In this document: positions 9,268 through 19,289 of the stretch, piece by piece
Position numbering within the stretch: position 1 is the first letter of the stretch
How the letters are laid out: every line of letters begins with the position of its first letter
Source: a virus
Taxonomy: Duplodnaviria > Caudoviricetes
Strand: one strand, 5' to 3'
Virus record (IMG/VR): IMGVR_UViG_3300030330_000641
Span: 1 to 48,102 of that record
Length of the DNA: 48,102 bases
Program-made: the position numbers and the translations under genes
Notes under the pieces: model-generated
What the model was told of the DNA's origin: nothing
Databases searched by the model: none
The model's input: only the letters and a program-made list of their open reading frames with translations

Positions 9268-9541
9268 AGAAGAAGTAAAGAAAGAGAGAGCACGTAAAAA
9301 GGATGGCACATTTCAAGCTGATGACCCTAGTACACCAGATCAAAATGAAGCCTTTAAACCTTTAACGTATTATCTTATACCAAATGAGTTAGCTAATACT
9401 ATCTTACAAAAATTAGCAACTTTACCTTATGGTGAAGTAAGTGAAATGCTTAATGGTTTTAGAGCTATGCAACAAGTCTTAGTCGACCCAACCACAAGAA
9501 AAGTATTGGATGAGTCCGTTGCAAAATCAAAAAAAGACTAG
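9260..9541 (+). CDS. Hypothetical protein (93 aa)
   Basis: AAGGAG RBS. N-terminal RARKKDGTFQADDPSTPDQNEA and a LATLPYGEV segment. Confidence 0.7.
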   Translation: MSEEEVKKERARKKDGTFQADDPSTPDQNEAFKPLTYYLIPNELANTILQKLATLPYGEVSEMLNGFRAMQQVLVDPTTRKVLDESVAKSKKD

Positions 9542-9749
9542 AGCTATACTTGCACAATTAACTGTAGAGTTAAGTCAAGATGGGAAAGTGTACCTAGAAA
9601 ATCAAACCCTTGATCCTAAACTTTTTAGACAAGCAATGGATAATTGGAATGATACTTATGAAGGTACACTAACCCTAACTAACCTTTTACACGAATTAAA
9701 ACGTGAAATAGACCTTTTACAGGACAAAATACCTTTATTTCTTAAATAA
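9510..9749 (+). CDS. Hypothetical protein (79 aa), last gene of the + arm
   Basis: ORF overlaps the previous gene and is followed by a terminator. Confidence 0.55.
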   Translation: MSPLQNQKKTRAILAQLTVELSQDGKVYLENQTLDPKLFRQAMDNWNDTYEGTLTLTNLLHELKREIDLLQDKIPLFLK

Positions 9750-9819
9750 AGCCCATAGAAGCCCATACAACAAAAGTTGTTGTTTTTGGATGTCTACTAT
9801 TCAGGAGGTGTTAAAACGG

Positions 9820-9850
9820 TCTTAGAAACGATTCTGAGAAACTTTTTTTT
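9820..9850 (+). terminator. Probable intrinsic terminator of the replication arm
   Basis: TCTTAGAA-ACGA-TTCTGAGA hairpin (one G-U pair) followed by AAC and T8, at the point where the two arms converge. Confidence 0.55.
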
Positions 9851-9914
9851 ACAGAACCTGTGATAAACAGATAATAATTACTACAAAGGCTGCAACATTT
9901 ACAATATTTTCCAT
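9849..9914 (-). CDS. 21-aa hydrophobic peptide MENIVNVAAFVVIIICLSQVL (not in ORF track)
   Basis: AGGAG RBS 6 nt upstream (9921-9925) and a promoter-like element at 9953-9981. Confidence 0.6.
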   Translation of the reverse strand: MENIVNVAAFVVIIICLSQVL

Positions 9915-9952
9915 AATATACTCCTAGGCATGGAAAGGTTAATTATACCTAT

Positions 9953-9981
9953 AGTATACACACAAAACACAGATTTGTCCA
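9953..9981 (-). promoter_or_regulatory. Sigma70-type promoter for the 21-aa peptide
   Basis: TGGACA-N17-TATACT on the minus strand. Confidence 0.6.
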
Positions 9982-10019
9982 ATCAATAGTTGTAATGAAA
10001 ACTATTTATAATGTAAATA

Positions 10020-10265
10020 CTAGTTAGCTAAAGGGTTGTCATTGTTACCAATATTGTCAACTCTACCTTCAACTCTATCTAATCTTTTTTCAAGGTTTTC
10101 TACTTTAGTTTCTAAAGGTGCAATGTCAACAGTCTTAAATTTTCTTTTTTCTATATTATCAAGACGTAAGTTAAATTGCCCCCATGTGTAGAAGCCTCCT
10201 CCTATTGCCGTAATCACCCCTATAATGGTAATATACTGTTGTAGCTTTGGTAATATGTTTTTCAT
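10020..10265 (-). CDS. Small membrane-anchored coiled-coil protein (81 aa)
   Basis: TM helix YITIIGVITAIGGGFYTW followed by a heptad-like region, ending NDNPLAN. Confidence 0.75.
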   Translation of the reverse strand: MKNILPKLQQYITIIGVITAIGGGFYTWGQFNLRLDNIEKRKFKTVDIAPLETKVENLEKRLDRVEGRVDNIGNNDNPLAN

Positions 10266-10267
10266 AC

Positions 10268-12211
10268 TTATCTCCTATCTATAAAAAATTCTGTAGATTG
10301 TTGCCCTGTCATATTTTGTAGGATGCTCATACTATCAGATATCATAAAACTATACCCTGCATTATCTTCTAGCGTTACACTTGCGTATATCACAGTTGGT
10401 GCGTACCAGTTTGTTTGATCTGTTATGTTAGCAGAAGTATAGTCAGAGAAGTTAGGTACGTAGTTCATGTAGGCAATTAGATTAGATTGTCCTTGAGAAT
10501 CATATTGTCCAGACTCCTCTTGTTGTGTTTGTGATTGTTCTTGTTGTGCTCTTATGTTGTTGGCTACTATCTCTTCTGCTATCTGTTCTGCTTCAGATGA
10601 TGTAACCATAGTGCTTGTAACACTTTGTATTTGATTTTCCATACTAGTAACTTGTACCTCAGCTATTGCCATAGATGGTGTATTGTCCATAGTAGGCACT
10701 GGCAATATCTCTATAGATTGTAAAACATTGTTAGTTTGTACCTGTGCAGATGCTATCTGATCTGATATGCTAGGCGAACTAGATATAGATGTACCACTTG
10801 AACTTCCTGATATTGCAGAAGATGTAGTGCTATTTGCATTAGAAGAGTTATTGTTTTCGTAACTGTTAGCTATAGAATTACTAACTACAGAATCTGTAAC
10901 AGATGCTACGTTCCTACGTCTAGTTCTTTGTTCAGGTCTATCCTCAGATTCTTCAACAAGTTCTTCATTAGTTTCTTCTTCAAGTTCTTCTTCTAATTCT
11001 ATAGCTTCTTCTCTTTCTTCAGTTTCTTCTTCAAAATCTTCAAACTGCTCATCCCATTGTTCTCTATCCATTTCATCTTGAAAATCAAAATGCTCATCCA
11101 TATGTTGAGCAAACTCTACAAACTCTTCTTCTGTAACTCTTACATCAGGTAAATCATCTAAAGGTATTAATATATCTACAAAAACTAATGATCCTTCTGT
11201 ACTATTATCCAGAGTAGAATCCCCAAAATCAAATATATCAAAAGTATCAAAAGTGTCTTCATATTCTTCTACATCCCTGCTATCATATTCAATATAACCA
11301 ATGCTAATAATATCGTCGTAGAAATCACCAGTATCACTCCTGCTATCATCACTCGTAGAAAAAACGAATGTTCCTGTATAAAGCTCTTCATCATTGAAAC
11401 CATAAAAATTATCCTCGTCATCATAACCTAACAGCATAGCATCAGAAACTCCTGAGCCCTGTAGGTAGTAATCATCTTCTTCTATATCGAAACCTAAATC
11501 ATAAACATCACATAGTTCACTGAAGTCAGAATCGACCAAACACTCAGAAGATAGGTTAGTAAAAGACTCATCTATAACTGTGTCTGTAGTTAAAGACCAA
11601 TCATCTGTTCTATTAAAAGCTGTAGAGTTGTTATCTTCATATCTCAAGTAAGTTACAGCTTCATTATTACCTTGTAAACCTATAGTTATGTCGTGGTTTA
11701 CTACATTTATTTTATCATATCTAAATTCTATTACATTTGTACTTTCATATAGTATAGCTTCAAAAGAACTTAGATTGTTGTTTCTATACTCATTAACATT
11801 GTACCAACCCACAACCCAGTACCTAGAACCTACATCACCATAAGTGCCTACATAAGGAGAACCATTGCTATTATTCTTATCAATAAAATCAGACCATAAT
11901 GGAAATATAGTCTTGTCGTACCCAGAAGCAGGTATAACTTCAGATAAATAATTTCTTCTACCAGTAATATTAAAATTTAAATTAAATGTTACAAAACCAT
12001 TCATTGCAACTCTAGCTTGATTATACGTATCACCATAGTAAGTAAAGTTAAAACCTAAATTTTGTGCTGAAGAAACAACATCATCTCCAAGGTTTAGGGC
12101 AGTACCAGTATTTTGTATATTAAGAAGGGGGTCACTGCCTACAGTAAATGTAGGTGCGTTTGCGTATACGGTACTACCCAGTAGGAAGATTAATGTTAAG
12201 AGTCTGTACAT
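10268..12211 (-). CDS. Exported protein: signal peptide, NIDO-like beta domain, very acidic linker, S/N/Q-rich C-terminal region (647 aa)
   Basis: MYRLLTLIFLLGSTVYA|NAP signal peptide. GDD...LGFNFTYYGDTY...MNGFVTF...IFPLWSDF...FEAILY...IEFRY resembles the nidogen G1/NIDO pattern. Confidence 0.65.
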   Translation of the reverse strand: MYRLLTLIFLLGSTVYANAPTFTVGSDPLLNIQNTGTALNLGDDVVSSAQNLGFNFTYYGDTYNQARVAMNGFVTFNLNFNITGRRNYLSEVIPASGYDKTIFPLWSDFIDKNNSNGSPYVGTYGDVGSRYWVVGWYNVNEYRNNNLSSFEAILYESTNVIEFRYDKINVVNHDITIGLQGNNEAVTYLRYEDNNSTAFNRTDDWSLTTDTVIDESFTNLSSECLVDSDFSELCDVYDLGFDIEEDDYYLQGSGVSDAMLLGYDDEDNFYGFNDEELYTGTFVFSTSDDSRSDTGDFYDDIISIGYIEYDSRDVEEYEDTFDTFDIFDFGDSTLDNSTEGSLVFVDILIPLDDLPDVRVTEEEFVEFAQHMDEHFDFQDEMDREQWDEQFEDFEEETEEREEAIELEEELEEETNEELVEESEDRPEQRTRRRNVASVTDSVVSNSIANSYENNNSSNANSTTSSAISGSSSGTSISSSPSISDQIASAQVQTNNVLQSIEILPVPTMDNTPSMAIAEVQVTSMENQIQSVTSTMVTSSEAEQIAEEIVANNIRAQQEQSQTQQEESGQYDSQGQSNLIAYMNYVPNFSDYTSANITDQTNWYAPTVIYASVTLEDNAGYSFMISDSMSILQNMTGQQSTEFFIDRR

Positions 12212-13131
12212 ATTTTATGTGTAGGATATTTCTTACAAAACTTTGGTTTAGTATAAGCTTTAAATTCATGTGTGGCAAGTTCTTTTTTTACGTCTTCCCA
12301 GTCAGGTCTATCTTCTGGGTTTTGTTCCCAAGCAATACGTGCCTCTTCACCTATCTTACCTTTATACGGACAGGGCGTGCCTGCTTGCATCATCGATCTC
12401 CACACGCCAGGATTTTCACAGAGTAATGCTACAGCAGCTACCTTCATTCCCATGTCATACAAAGCCTTAGAGTTTTTCAATCTTTCGCAGTTTTCGTCTC
12501 GTACACTTCTACCAGATGATACGCCAAAGAATTGTGTTTGAACGGCTGAACTAGCTCCTGTAGTGCAGAGGTCTTGGGAATAGGACATTATCGAAGGAGC
12601 TATGGCGGAAGGAGGAGCAGTTTTAATTCTTTGTGTTACTTTTTGTGTAGAATTATTTTCAGATACACTAGTACTACTATTGTTATTTATGTTGGTATTC
12701 TGATTTGTATTTGTGTTTACATTTTCTGTAGTCACAGAAGAAGTGCTTGTAGAGTTATTGGTATTTAGGTTAGTGCTGTTATTTGTATTTAGGTTTGTAT
12801 TGCTTGCTGTCGAGTTACTAGTTATAGCACTAGTAGTATTGTTTGTTACATTTTGTGTTTGAGTAATGTCAGATGTCACAGTGCTTGTACTAGTTGTAGT
12901 ATTGTTGTTAGTAGCAGTCGTAGTTATAGTGCTAGTATTTACATTGTTATTATTATTAGTTGCAACAGATGTACTGTTTATAGTATTATTATTGGTATTA
13001 TTATTTGTATTTGTACTGGTTACGGTACTCGTAGTTGTATTAGTTATGTTAGAGTCTTCAGCTAGTAGAAGGCTACTAACAGATATTAGTGCTACCCCTA
13101 TGATAGCATACTCTCGTAGGTTTTTAATCAC
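12196..13131 (-). CDS. Exported protein with a T/N/S low-complexity stalk and Cys-rich C-terminal domain (311 aa)
   Basis: Hydrophobic N-terminus (signal peptide), ~140 aa T/N-rich tract, then PPSAIAP...DLC...ENCERLK...ALLC...GTPCP. GTG start with AGGAG RBS. Confidence 0.75.
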   Translation of the reverse strand: MIKNLREYAIIGVALISVSSLLLAEDSNITNTTTSTVTSTNTNNNTNNNTINSTSVATNNNNNVNTSTITTTATNNNTTTSTSTVTSDITQTQNVTNNTTSAITSNSTASNTNLNTNNSTNLNTNNSTSTSSVTTENVNTNTNQNTNINNNSSTSVSENNSTQKVTQRIKTAPPSAIAPSIMSYSQDLCTTGASSAVQTQFFGVSSGRSVRDENCERLKNSKALYDMGMKVAAVALLCENPGVWRSMMQAGTPCPYKGKIGEEARIAWEQNPEDRPDWEDVKKELATHEFKAYTKPKFCKKYPTHKICTDS

Positions 13132-13150
13132 AACAATCTCCTATTGTGGT

Positions 13151-16100
13151 TTATCTATTTATTTTAACTTCGTACTCTCTTTCTGCTGAGTCAAGTATTT
13201 CATCATCACTTATGTCTTCAGATATAGCAAACATACCTCTAACCATACTAACGTATTTGTTTCTAAATCTTACACTTTCCCAAGAGTCTTTTTGTAAAGC
13301 TTTAGCAAGCACATCAGCAGACCTAGGGTTAGATATTACGTCTTGTAATGCTTTTAATCTTTTTCTTCTAAATAATTGTAAAGTTATTTCACTTGCTACG
13401 TATCTAGGACTAACTACACCTCTTACAACACCATAAATTCTAGACATACCTGATTCTGCAGACATAGGTCTAGCCAAACCTCTTACACCTATAGCTGAAG
13501 TACCTTCACCAACCACTACAGAAAATTGAAATAATTTTTCTAAATCTTCTGCATGTTCTGGGTCTAAGTATTTAAATAATTCTTTATGTTTTTTTAGAGA
13601 CTGTTGAAAAAGCATACTATCTACTTCTTCTTGATACAATATTTTTATATCAGTTTCAGTTAAATCTTTTATAAATAAATCTTTTCTATTCTTCTTAAAG
13701 TCTTCAAAAGATTTTCTATTTATAGATTGACTCATCTTTGTTACATCTTCATTTATAACTTGAGAAGATAAACGTAACATATCAGACTTAACTGCTTCTA
13801 TTCTAGCCGCTTCGTCTACACCCTCATACCCTTTAGCTATTTCTTTTATAGTATCATCTAATCTTTTAACATCTTTAGTTGATGCAAATTTATTTAAAGT
13901 TTGAAATAACTCTAAATAACTATCAGTGCCCTGTTTTCCTAATACATTAAAAAGCCTGTCTTCTTCACTAAGTTTATTTTGTCTTTGTTTTAAAGCATCC
14001 ATTAATCTTTTTCCAGACTTTTCCATTTCTCTTTCAGCATTTTTAGCAAAGGGAACACCATTTAAATCATCTATGTTATCTACAACTTCTTGAGGTATAA
14101 TATTTCTTTCAGCTAATTTTTTTAAAGTAATAGGGTTTAATGTATTTTCTCTGTTATTATCAATAACATTAGCAATAGCATTTCTTATTATCATATTACC
14201 TCCTTCACCGCCATCTTTTAAAATTTGATCTAGCTGTGCTTCTACTTTTATGTGGTCACTATCTGTTAAAAAATCTTCAAATATTTCAAAGGTAGGTTGT
14301 GTAGTATCTCCTGTAGCGTCTTTCTTAAAAGGTTTATAACCTGTGCCTCTAGCATAAGGTTTAATATATGTTTGATGAAATACATCACTAGCTTTTTTAT
14401 AGGTAAATACTTCTATACCTTTTTTCATAGACACTATTTCTGAACCTATATCTAATAGTTCTTTTAACTGATTTGAAGTTTGAGCTGCATCAAATAACTC
14501 ATCTCCTTCTAAACCTTTTCTAATTCTTAAATCTATTCCTTTTTTCATAAAGTGTAAATCATCTAAACGTAGTAAAGATTCTCCTGGGTCTACACCAAAC
14601 TGTTCAGCTCTATTTATTAACTGTTTGTTTACTCTTTTTAATTCATCTACAGTTAAATCATCCAAACTTGATACTAAATCTAAATTGTTTACTTCCCTTT
14701 GAATATTAACAGTTTCTATAATTCTTTCATTAATAGCATCTCTATTTTTAGTATTAGCTGTCATTCTATTTAAATTATCTATTAAAAGGTTTTCTTTATT
14801 TAATTTATTTACATAATCTACTTGAACTTGTTTTAATAATTTATTTATAGCAAAACCCATGTCAGGAGTTTGGGCTACACCTTTTACTGCTGCTGATCTA
14901 TCCCTGCCAAATGAACTAGAACTTACATACTCAAACAATTCAGGAAAAGATGTTTTTATACTATCTGGGTCTTGACTATCTAAGAAATTTACAAAATCAT
15001 CGCCTACAAGTTCTTCTTGTCCTACATCTTGAAATGCCTGTTCGTAGGCTTTATCTTTTCTGTCTAAAGCTTTTTTTCTTGCAGCCTGTATATAAGAAGA
15101 CTGTTCTTGACCCATTTCATTTAATTCATCTCCTGTCTTTCTACTATCAGGAACGTAGTTTTTATTTAAACTATTTATAGTTTCTTGTTTAGCCTTCATG
15201 CTATCCGCATTTTTTATAGGTCTAAGAATTTCAACTTCTTCTATATTATCTCCATATATAGTTTGTCGGTACTTTTTGTATTGTTCGTCTTTTTGTTTTG
15301 CAAGAAGGTCTTCCATACTATTTAATTCAATTTGATTAGATTCCATAATATTATTATTTCTTCTTCTTACCGCTTGTAAGATATTTTCAGAGGCTTCAAA
15401 AGCTGCCTGTTCATCATCCCCTAAAATATCATCTAACAAATCTTTAATTCTAGCACGTTGAGCATTTTCTTTTTCTAACATCTTCTGTGCTCTACCTTGC
15501 ATATCTGCTGCAGTTAAACCTTGTTTTAATCCTAAGTTTATATCTTCTTTAGCTGCTAACCTAATGCCTCTTAATGAGTCAGACATTAAAACTTGATCTA
15601 GAAGAAGGTCTAAATCTTCTGCTACTTTAGGATCAGTATTCATCATGTCATCTACGTTTTTAAAACCTTTTCTTCTAGCCGCTACGTCTAGCATATCATT
15701 TCTTAAAGCTAATGTAGTTTCAAAAGAATCTATTATATCTTTTGCTGCATCTCTATCGGCTTTATTAGCAGACTGTTGTAATTTTTTTATAGTTATAGAA
15801 AAATCTCTTAATTGAGACATGTCTTGTTTAGATATATCTACAAGTTCTGATAATTGAGTTGCATTTAAATTTTTAATTTTATTTGGATCATATCCCAACA
15901 CCTCAATTAAAAACTCTCTATCGCCTTTTTGCCTACCATCATCAGATACTACAAATGCCATCTTTTTTATTAAGTTAGTGGTTTCTTCTTTACCACCTAA
16001 AACAAAATCACTTACTCCAAACAGTCTTTGACCAGTTATTAAACCTATCCCAAGAAGAGGAAGTTTAAGAAAATTATAGATAGTACTATCATTTAAAGTA

Positions 16101-17386
16101 GCAAATTCGCTAGTTTGTATTTGTCCTGCACCTTCTAAAGCAATATATGCACCAGTCATTCCTACATTACCAAATGCTATATCTTTTGCTACATTTATTT
16201 TGTAAGCATTTTCGCCTAATTCTTCAAGTTGTTGCATCCTAGCAAGTCTTCTTGATGCACCGCCTTGAGTTACACCAAACCTTACGAGACTTTCTATACT
16301 TTTTCCTCTACCTCTAAATATACCTTTTAAATCTTTTTCTAGTACTTTATGTAGAGCAGCTTTAGCTTCATCACTTTTTAAATAACTTATAGTGCCTCTA
16401 CCTGTTTTAAATAAATATTCAACCCCACCACCTGTAAATAGTTGCCCACCTACATCTATTGTATCTGCTTTCTTTTTATTATATTTTAAATCACCACCAT
16501 AGGCTAATTCATCATCAGCAATATCTTGAAATAATTTTCCAAAGTAATACATACCAGAACGAATTAAAGGTGAACTTTTTCCTGATCTTTGGTACTCTTC
16601 AAACTGTTCTTGCCCAAAAGGATTTTCTAATCTTTTTTGATAACCTGCAACATCGTTTGGGTCCATGAACATAGCAGGTAAATCTAATACGGCTTCTTTA
16701 GGTAATGCTAAATTTAAAGCTGCAACTCTAAAAGGAAACTTAAATAAATCTTTTGTATTTTCAACAACTCTATCAGCTTCTCTTTTGTTATTAACTACTA
16801 AATCTTGAAACATCCCTATGCCTAAAGGGCTTATTTTTTTTTCTAATTCTTCTCTATTGTTAGGAGTAATAGCAGTAAAATCTCTTTGTTTGTACAATGC
16901 TACAGCCTCTTTATATGCTTGTTCTATCTCTTCTTCAGTTTTACCATTTGCTAAAAGATTTTTTTGTATAGCTGCTATAGCGTTATGAGAATTATAATTG
17001 GACAGTTCATCAGAATATTCTCCACCTTGTTTTATACCATTTCTAACCATGTCTTGTAAATAAAAAGCATTTAACATAATTTCTTTAGGTTCTAAATTTT
17101 CGTACACGCCTTCTTGATAAAAGTCTTTAACATTATCATTTAAAATACGAATATCTGAACCATTATCTTCTCTAAAATAACCCCCTTCAACACTTCTTCC
17201 TTGTTGTAAAGTTTCAAAAGTTTCTACATTTTGTTTACCTTTTTCAACAATACCTTTTACACTTCCCATCCAGTCAGGAATTTTTTCTTCTATAACAGCA
17301 CCTAGTCTTCTTGTACCAAAGATGTTTGTATCACCTCTACCATCTTTAGTTTCTTCTATCTTTTTCATTTCATCTTCAATAGCCAT
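13151..17386 (-). CDS. Large putative internal virion (ejection) protein (1411 aa)
   Basis: Size, charged helical composition, and position as the last and largest gene of the block downstream of the tail genes. C-terminal SRIYGVVRGVVSPRYVASE. Confidence 0.6.
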   Translation of the reverse strand: MAIEDEMKKIEETKDGRGDTNIFGTRRLGAVIEEKIPDWMGSVKGIVEKGKQNVETFETLQQGRSVEGGYFREDNGSDIRILNDNVKDFYQEGVYENLEPKEIMLNAFYLQDMVRNGIKQGGEYSDELSNYNSHNAIAAIQKNLLANGKTEEEIEQAYKEAVALYKQRDFTAITPNNREELEKKISPLGIGMFQDLVVNNKREADRVVENTKDLFKFPFRVAALNLALPKEAVLDLPAMFMDPNDVAGYQKRLENPFGQEQFEEYQRSGKSSPLIRSGMYYFGKLFQDIADDELAYGGDLKYNKKKADTIDVGGQLFTGGGVEYLFKTGRGTISYLKSDEAKAALHKVLEKDLKGIFRGRGKSIESLVRFGVTQGGASRRLARMQQLEELGENAYKINVAKDIAFGNVGMTGAYIALEGAGQIQTSEFATLNDSTIYNFLKLPLLGIGLITGQRLFGVSDFVLGGKEETTNLIKKMAFVVSDDGRQKGDREFLIEVLGYDPNKIKNLNATQLSELVDISKQDMSQLRDFSITIKKLQQSANKADRDAAKDIIDSFETTLALRNDMLDVAARRKGFKNVDDMMNTDPKVAEDLDLLLDQVLMSDSLRGIRLAAKEDINLGLKQGLTAADMQGRAQKMLEKENAQRARIKDLLDDILGDDEQAAFEASENILQAVRRRNNNIMESNQIELNSMEDLLAKQKDEQYKKYRQTIYGDNIEEVEILRPIKNADSMKAKQETINSLNKNYVPDSRKTGDELNEMGQEQSSYIQAARKKALDRKDKAYEQAFQDVGQEELVGDDFVNFLDSQDPDSIKTSFPELFEYVSSSSFGRDRSAAVKGVAQTPDMGFAINKLLKQVQVDYVNKLNKENLLIDNLNRMTANTKNRDAINERIIETVNIQREVNNLDLVSSLDDLTVDELKRVNKQLINRAEQFGVDPGESLLRLDDLHFMKKGIDLRIRKGLEGDELFDAAQTSNQLKELLDIGSEIVSMKKGIEVFTYKKASDVFHQTYIKPYARGTGYKPFKKDATGDTTQPTFEIFEDFLTDSDHIKVEAQLDQILKDGGEGGNMIIRNAIANVIDNNRENTLNPITLKKLAERNIIPQEVVDNIDDLNGVPFAKNAEREMEKSGKRLMDALKQRQNKLSEEDRLFNVLGKQGTDSYLELFQTLNKFASTKDVKRLDDTIKEIAKGYEGVDEAARIEAVKSDMLRLSSQVINEDVTKMSQSINRKSFEDFKKNRKDLFIKDLTETDIKILYQEEVDSMLFQQSLKKHKELFKYLDPEHAEDLEKLFQFSVVVGEGTSAIGVRGLARPMSAESGMSRIYGVVRGVVSPRYVASEITLQLFRRKRLKALQDVISNPRSADVLAKALQKDSWESVRFRNKYVSMVRGMFAISEDISDDEILDSAEREYEVKINR

Positions 17387-17401
17387 ATTTAATCCTTTTT
17401 A

Positions 17402-19288
17402 CTATTCATCAAGTACTTTTAAATATTCTTCGTAAGCATCTGTTGGAACAGGGTCACCGATACGTACATCTTTACCAAAACCAGTTATGCTTCTTCTAAA
17501 GAAAGGTGATCTAATTTGATTAAAACCTTCTGCAACTTCACTAGATTTTCCTTGTACTGTATTGAGACCCATAGTATAAGCAGGTCTTATTCTACTTCCT
17601 GGAGTTTTTCCTGGGGCTAAGTCATTAAAAAATAAAAATCTTAATTTAAGAGAATCTTCTGGGTTACGTATTCTATCTACAAATCTATAATTTCCTACAG
17701 GTGAGGCTGCTCTACTTGAGGCTAATTCAGAAATTGATCTATTCATTATTTGTGCAGCTTCTTCCTCTTCTCCTGGTAGGCTTCTAAGATAAACTTCTGC
17801 GTCAAAAGCTTTTCTTCCTATTTCTCCAAAAAGTGTAGCATGAATATTTGCTGTTTGTTCTAAACTAGCAGACCTAGCAAATAGACCACCTTCTTTATCT
17901 TCTCCTGTTATTTGTTGGAAAGCCCTAATAAAGTCAGCATCAGACACGGCTTTACCACCTTCATAGCCTTGGTTAGCAATAGCTATTGTAAATGCTAAAG
18001 CAATTTGTAAAGATGCTATAGCTGCAGTTTGATCTTCTTCACTTAGTAAACGTTCTTGACCTTCTGATATAGTGTATAGTTTACCATCTTCTTTTAATCT
18101 ATATTCATTTTGATCGTCAACTAAACTACTCATATGACCTCTTATGTCTTTTCCTGTAGCTTCCATTAAAAATTCATTGGTTCTTCTTAAATCTTCACTA
18201 TCTGCATACTTATTAGTATAGCCAGTTAACTCTGTTCTTAGTTGACTAATTTGACCTGTTCGACCAAACATACCTGCAATAGTTCTTCTTAAACTAAAAG
18301 CAGGACCAGTAACCATTTCACCTTTATTAAAAGTACCTTCTATAGGCACACCATTAGCATCTACCTCTACAGAACCAAATTGTAAAATTCCTATTTGACT
18401 TAATAGTTTAAAAGCTGTTTTTTCAGCATTATAGGCTTGCTGCATTTCTGCTTGTCGTTTAGAATCTTTTTTTGTTTCTGAACTTACTTCATAAATGCCT
18501 GATATTCTTTTTTTATATAATTGATCGTTAATAGCTGCATACACATCATCTTTATTTCTATTACTCCAATTATTTTCAAATAAATTTTGACCAAGTGTAA
18601 CATAATTTTCTGATACTTTAGGACCTTTAAAGAAAGTACCTATAGACTGTTCTACCTTACCCTTATTGATTAAGGCATTTGTATCTGTCAAATTTGCAAA
18701 TCTACCGTCTGTATTAAATGTGTTAGACTTGTCATCCCAATCATCACCATACCTTTCTTTCATAGTAGGATTAATTATTCTATTACTAAGACCTGTGCCT
18801 TCTCTTATGTCTCTAAAAATTTCTATTTCAGAAGGAGTCCAAGTACTTCTGTCACCCCACAACTGTTCTAAATCTCTAGTTCCAAGTTGCTTGTCTGGTC
18901 CAGATTTTTGAATATCAGTTTCTGACTTTTCTAATATTAAAGGATTTACTACAGTAGAGTAAAGTAATCTTTTCGCTTCCTCGTCTTTTAATATACTTGC
19001 CTGTTCATCTGCACTTAATTGTCCAAAATTAACCCAATTTTCTCTAGCAATAATTGGTATATCTGTTGCATTTATATTTTCACCTACTACAGGTTTAAAA
19101 GCTGTAAATCTATTATTACCTAAGTTAATAGTGTTAGTTGAAGTACCATCATAAAAATTGTTCCAAAAAGCTGTTCTTTCAGCTTTTTCTTCTATAGATT
19201 CTAATTCTCTTTCTCTTTCCCTTTGTTCGTCTTTTCTTTTATTTACTTCTTTAGCAGCACCTCCTAGAAGTCTTAAAAAATTACTCAT
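17402..19288 (-). CDS. Putative internal virion protein (628 aa)
   Basis: N-terminal FLRLLGGAAKE followed by a coiled coil, plus GKAVSDADF. Assigned from synteny. Confidence 0.55.
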   Translation of the reverse strand: MSNFLRLLGGAAKEVNKRKDEQRERERELESIEEKAERTAFWNNFYDGTSTNTINLGNNRFTAFKPVVGENINATDIPIIARENWVNFGQLSADEQASILKDEEAKRLLYSTVVNPLILEKSETDIQKSGPDKQLGTRDLEQLWGDRSTWTPSEIEIFRDIREGTGLSNRIINPTMKERYGDDWDDKSNTFNTDGRFANLTDTNALINKGKVEQSIGTFFKGPKVSENYVTLGQNLFENNWSNRNKDDVYAAINDQLYKKRISGIYEVSSETKKDSKRQAEMQQAYNAEKTAFKLLSQIGILQFGSVEVDANGVPIEGTFNKGEMVTGPAFSLRRTIAGMFGRTGQISQLRTELTGYTNKYADSEDLRRTNEFLMEATGKDIRGHMSSLVDDQNEYRLKEDGKLYTISEGQERLLSEEDQTAAIASLQIALAFTIAIANQGYEGGKAVSDADFIRAFQQITGEDKEGGLFARSASLEQTANIHATLFGEIGRKAFDAEVYLRSLPGEEEEAAQIMNRSISELASSRAASPVGNYRFVDRIRNPEDSLKLRFLFFNDLAPGKTPGSRIRPAYTMGLNTVQGKSSEVAEGFNQIRSPFFRRSITGFGKDVRIGDPVPTDAYEEYLKVLDE

Positions 19289-19289
19289 G

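Noticed and set aside
12574-13436. Several plus-strand hydrophobic ORFs (poly-V/L)
   Set aside because: Antisense shadows of the T/N-rich low-complexity gene and its neighbour.
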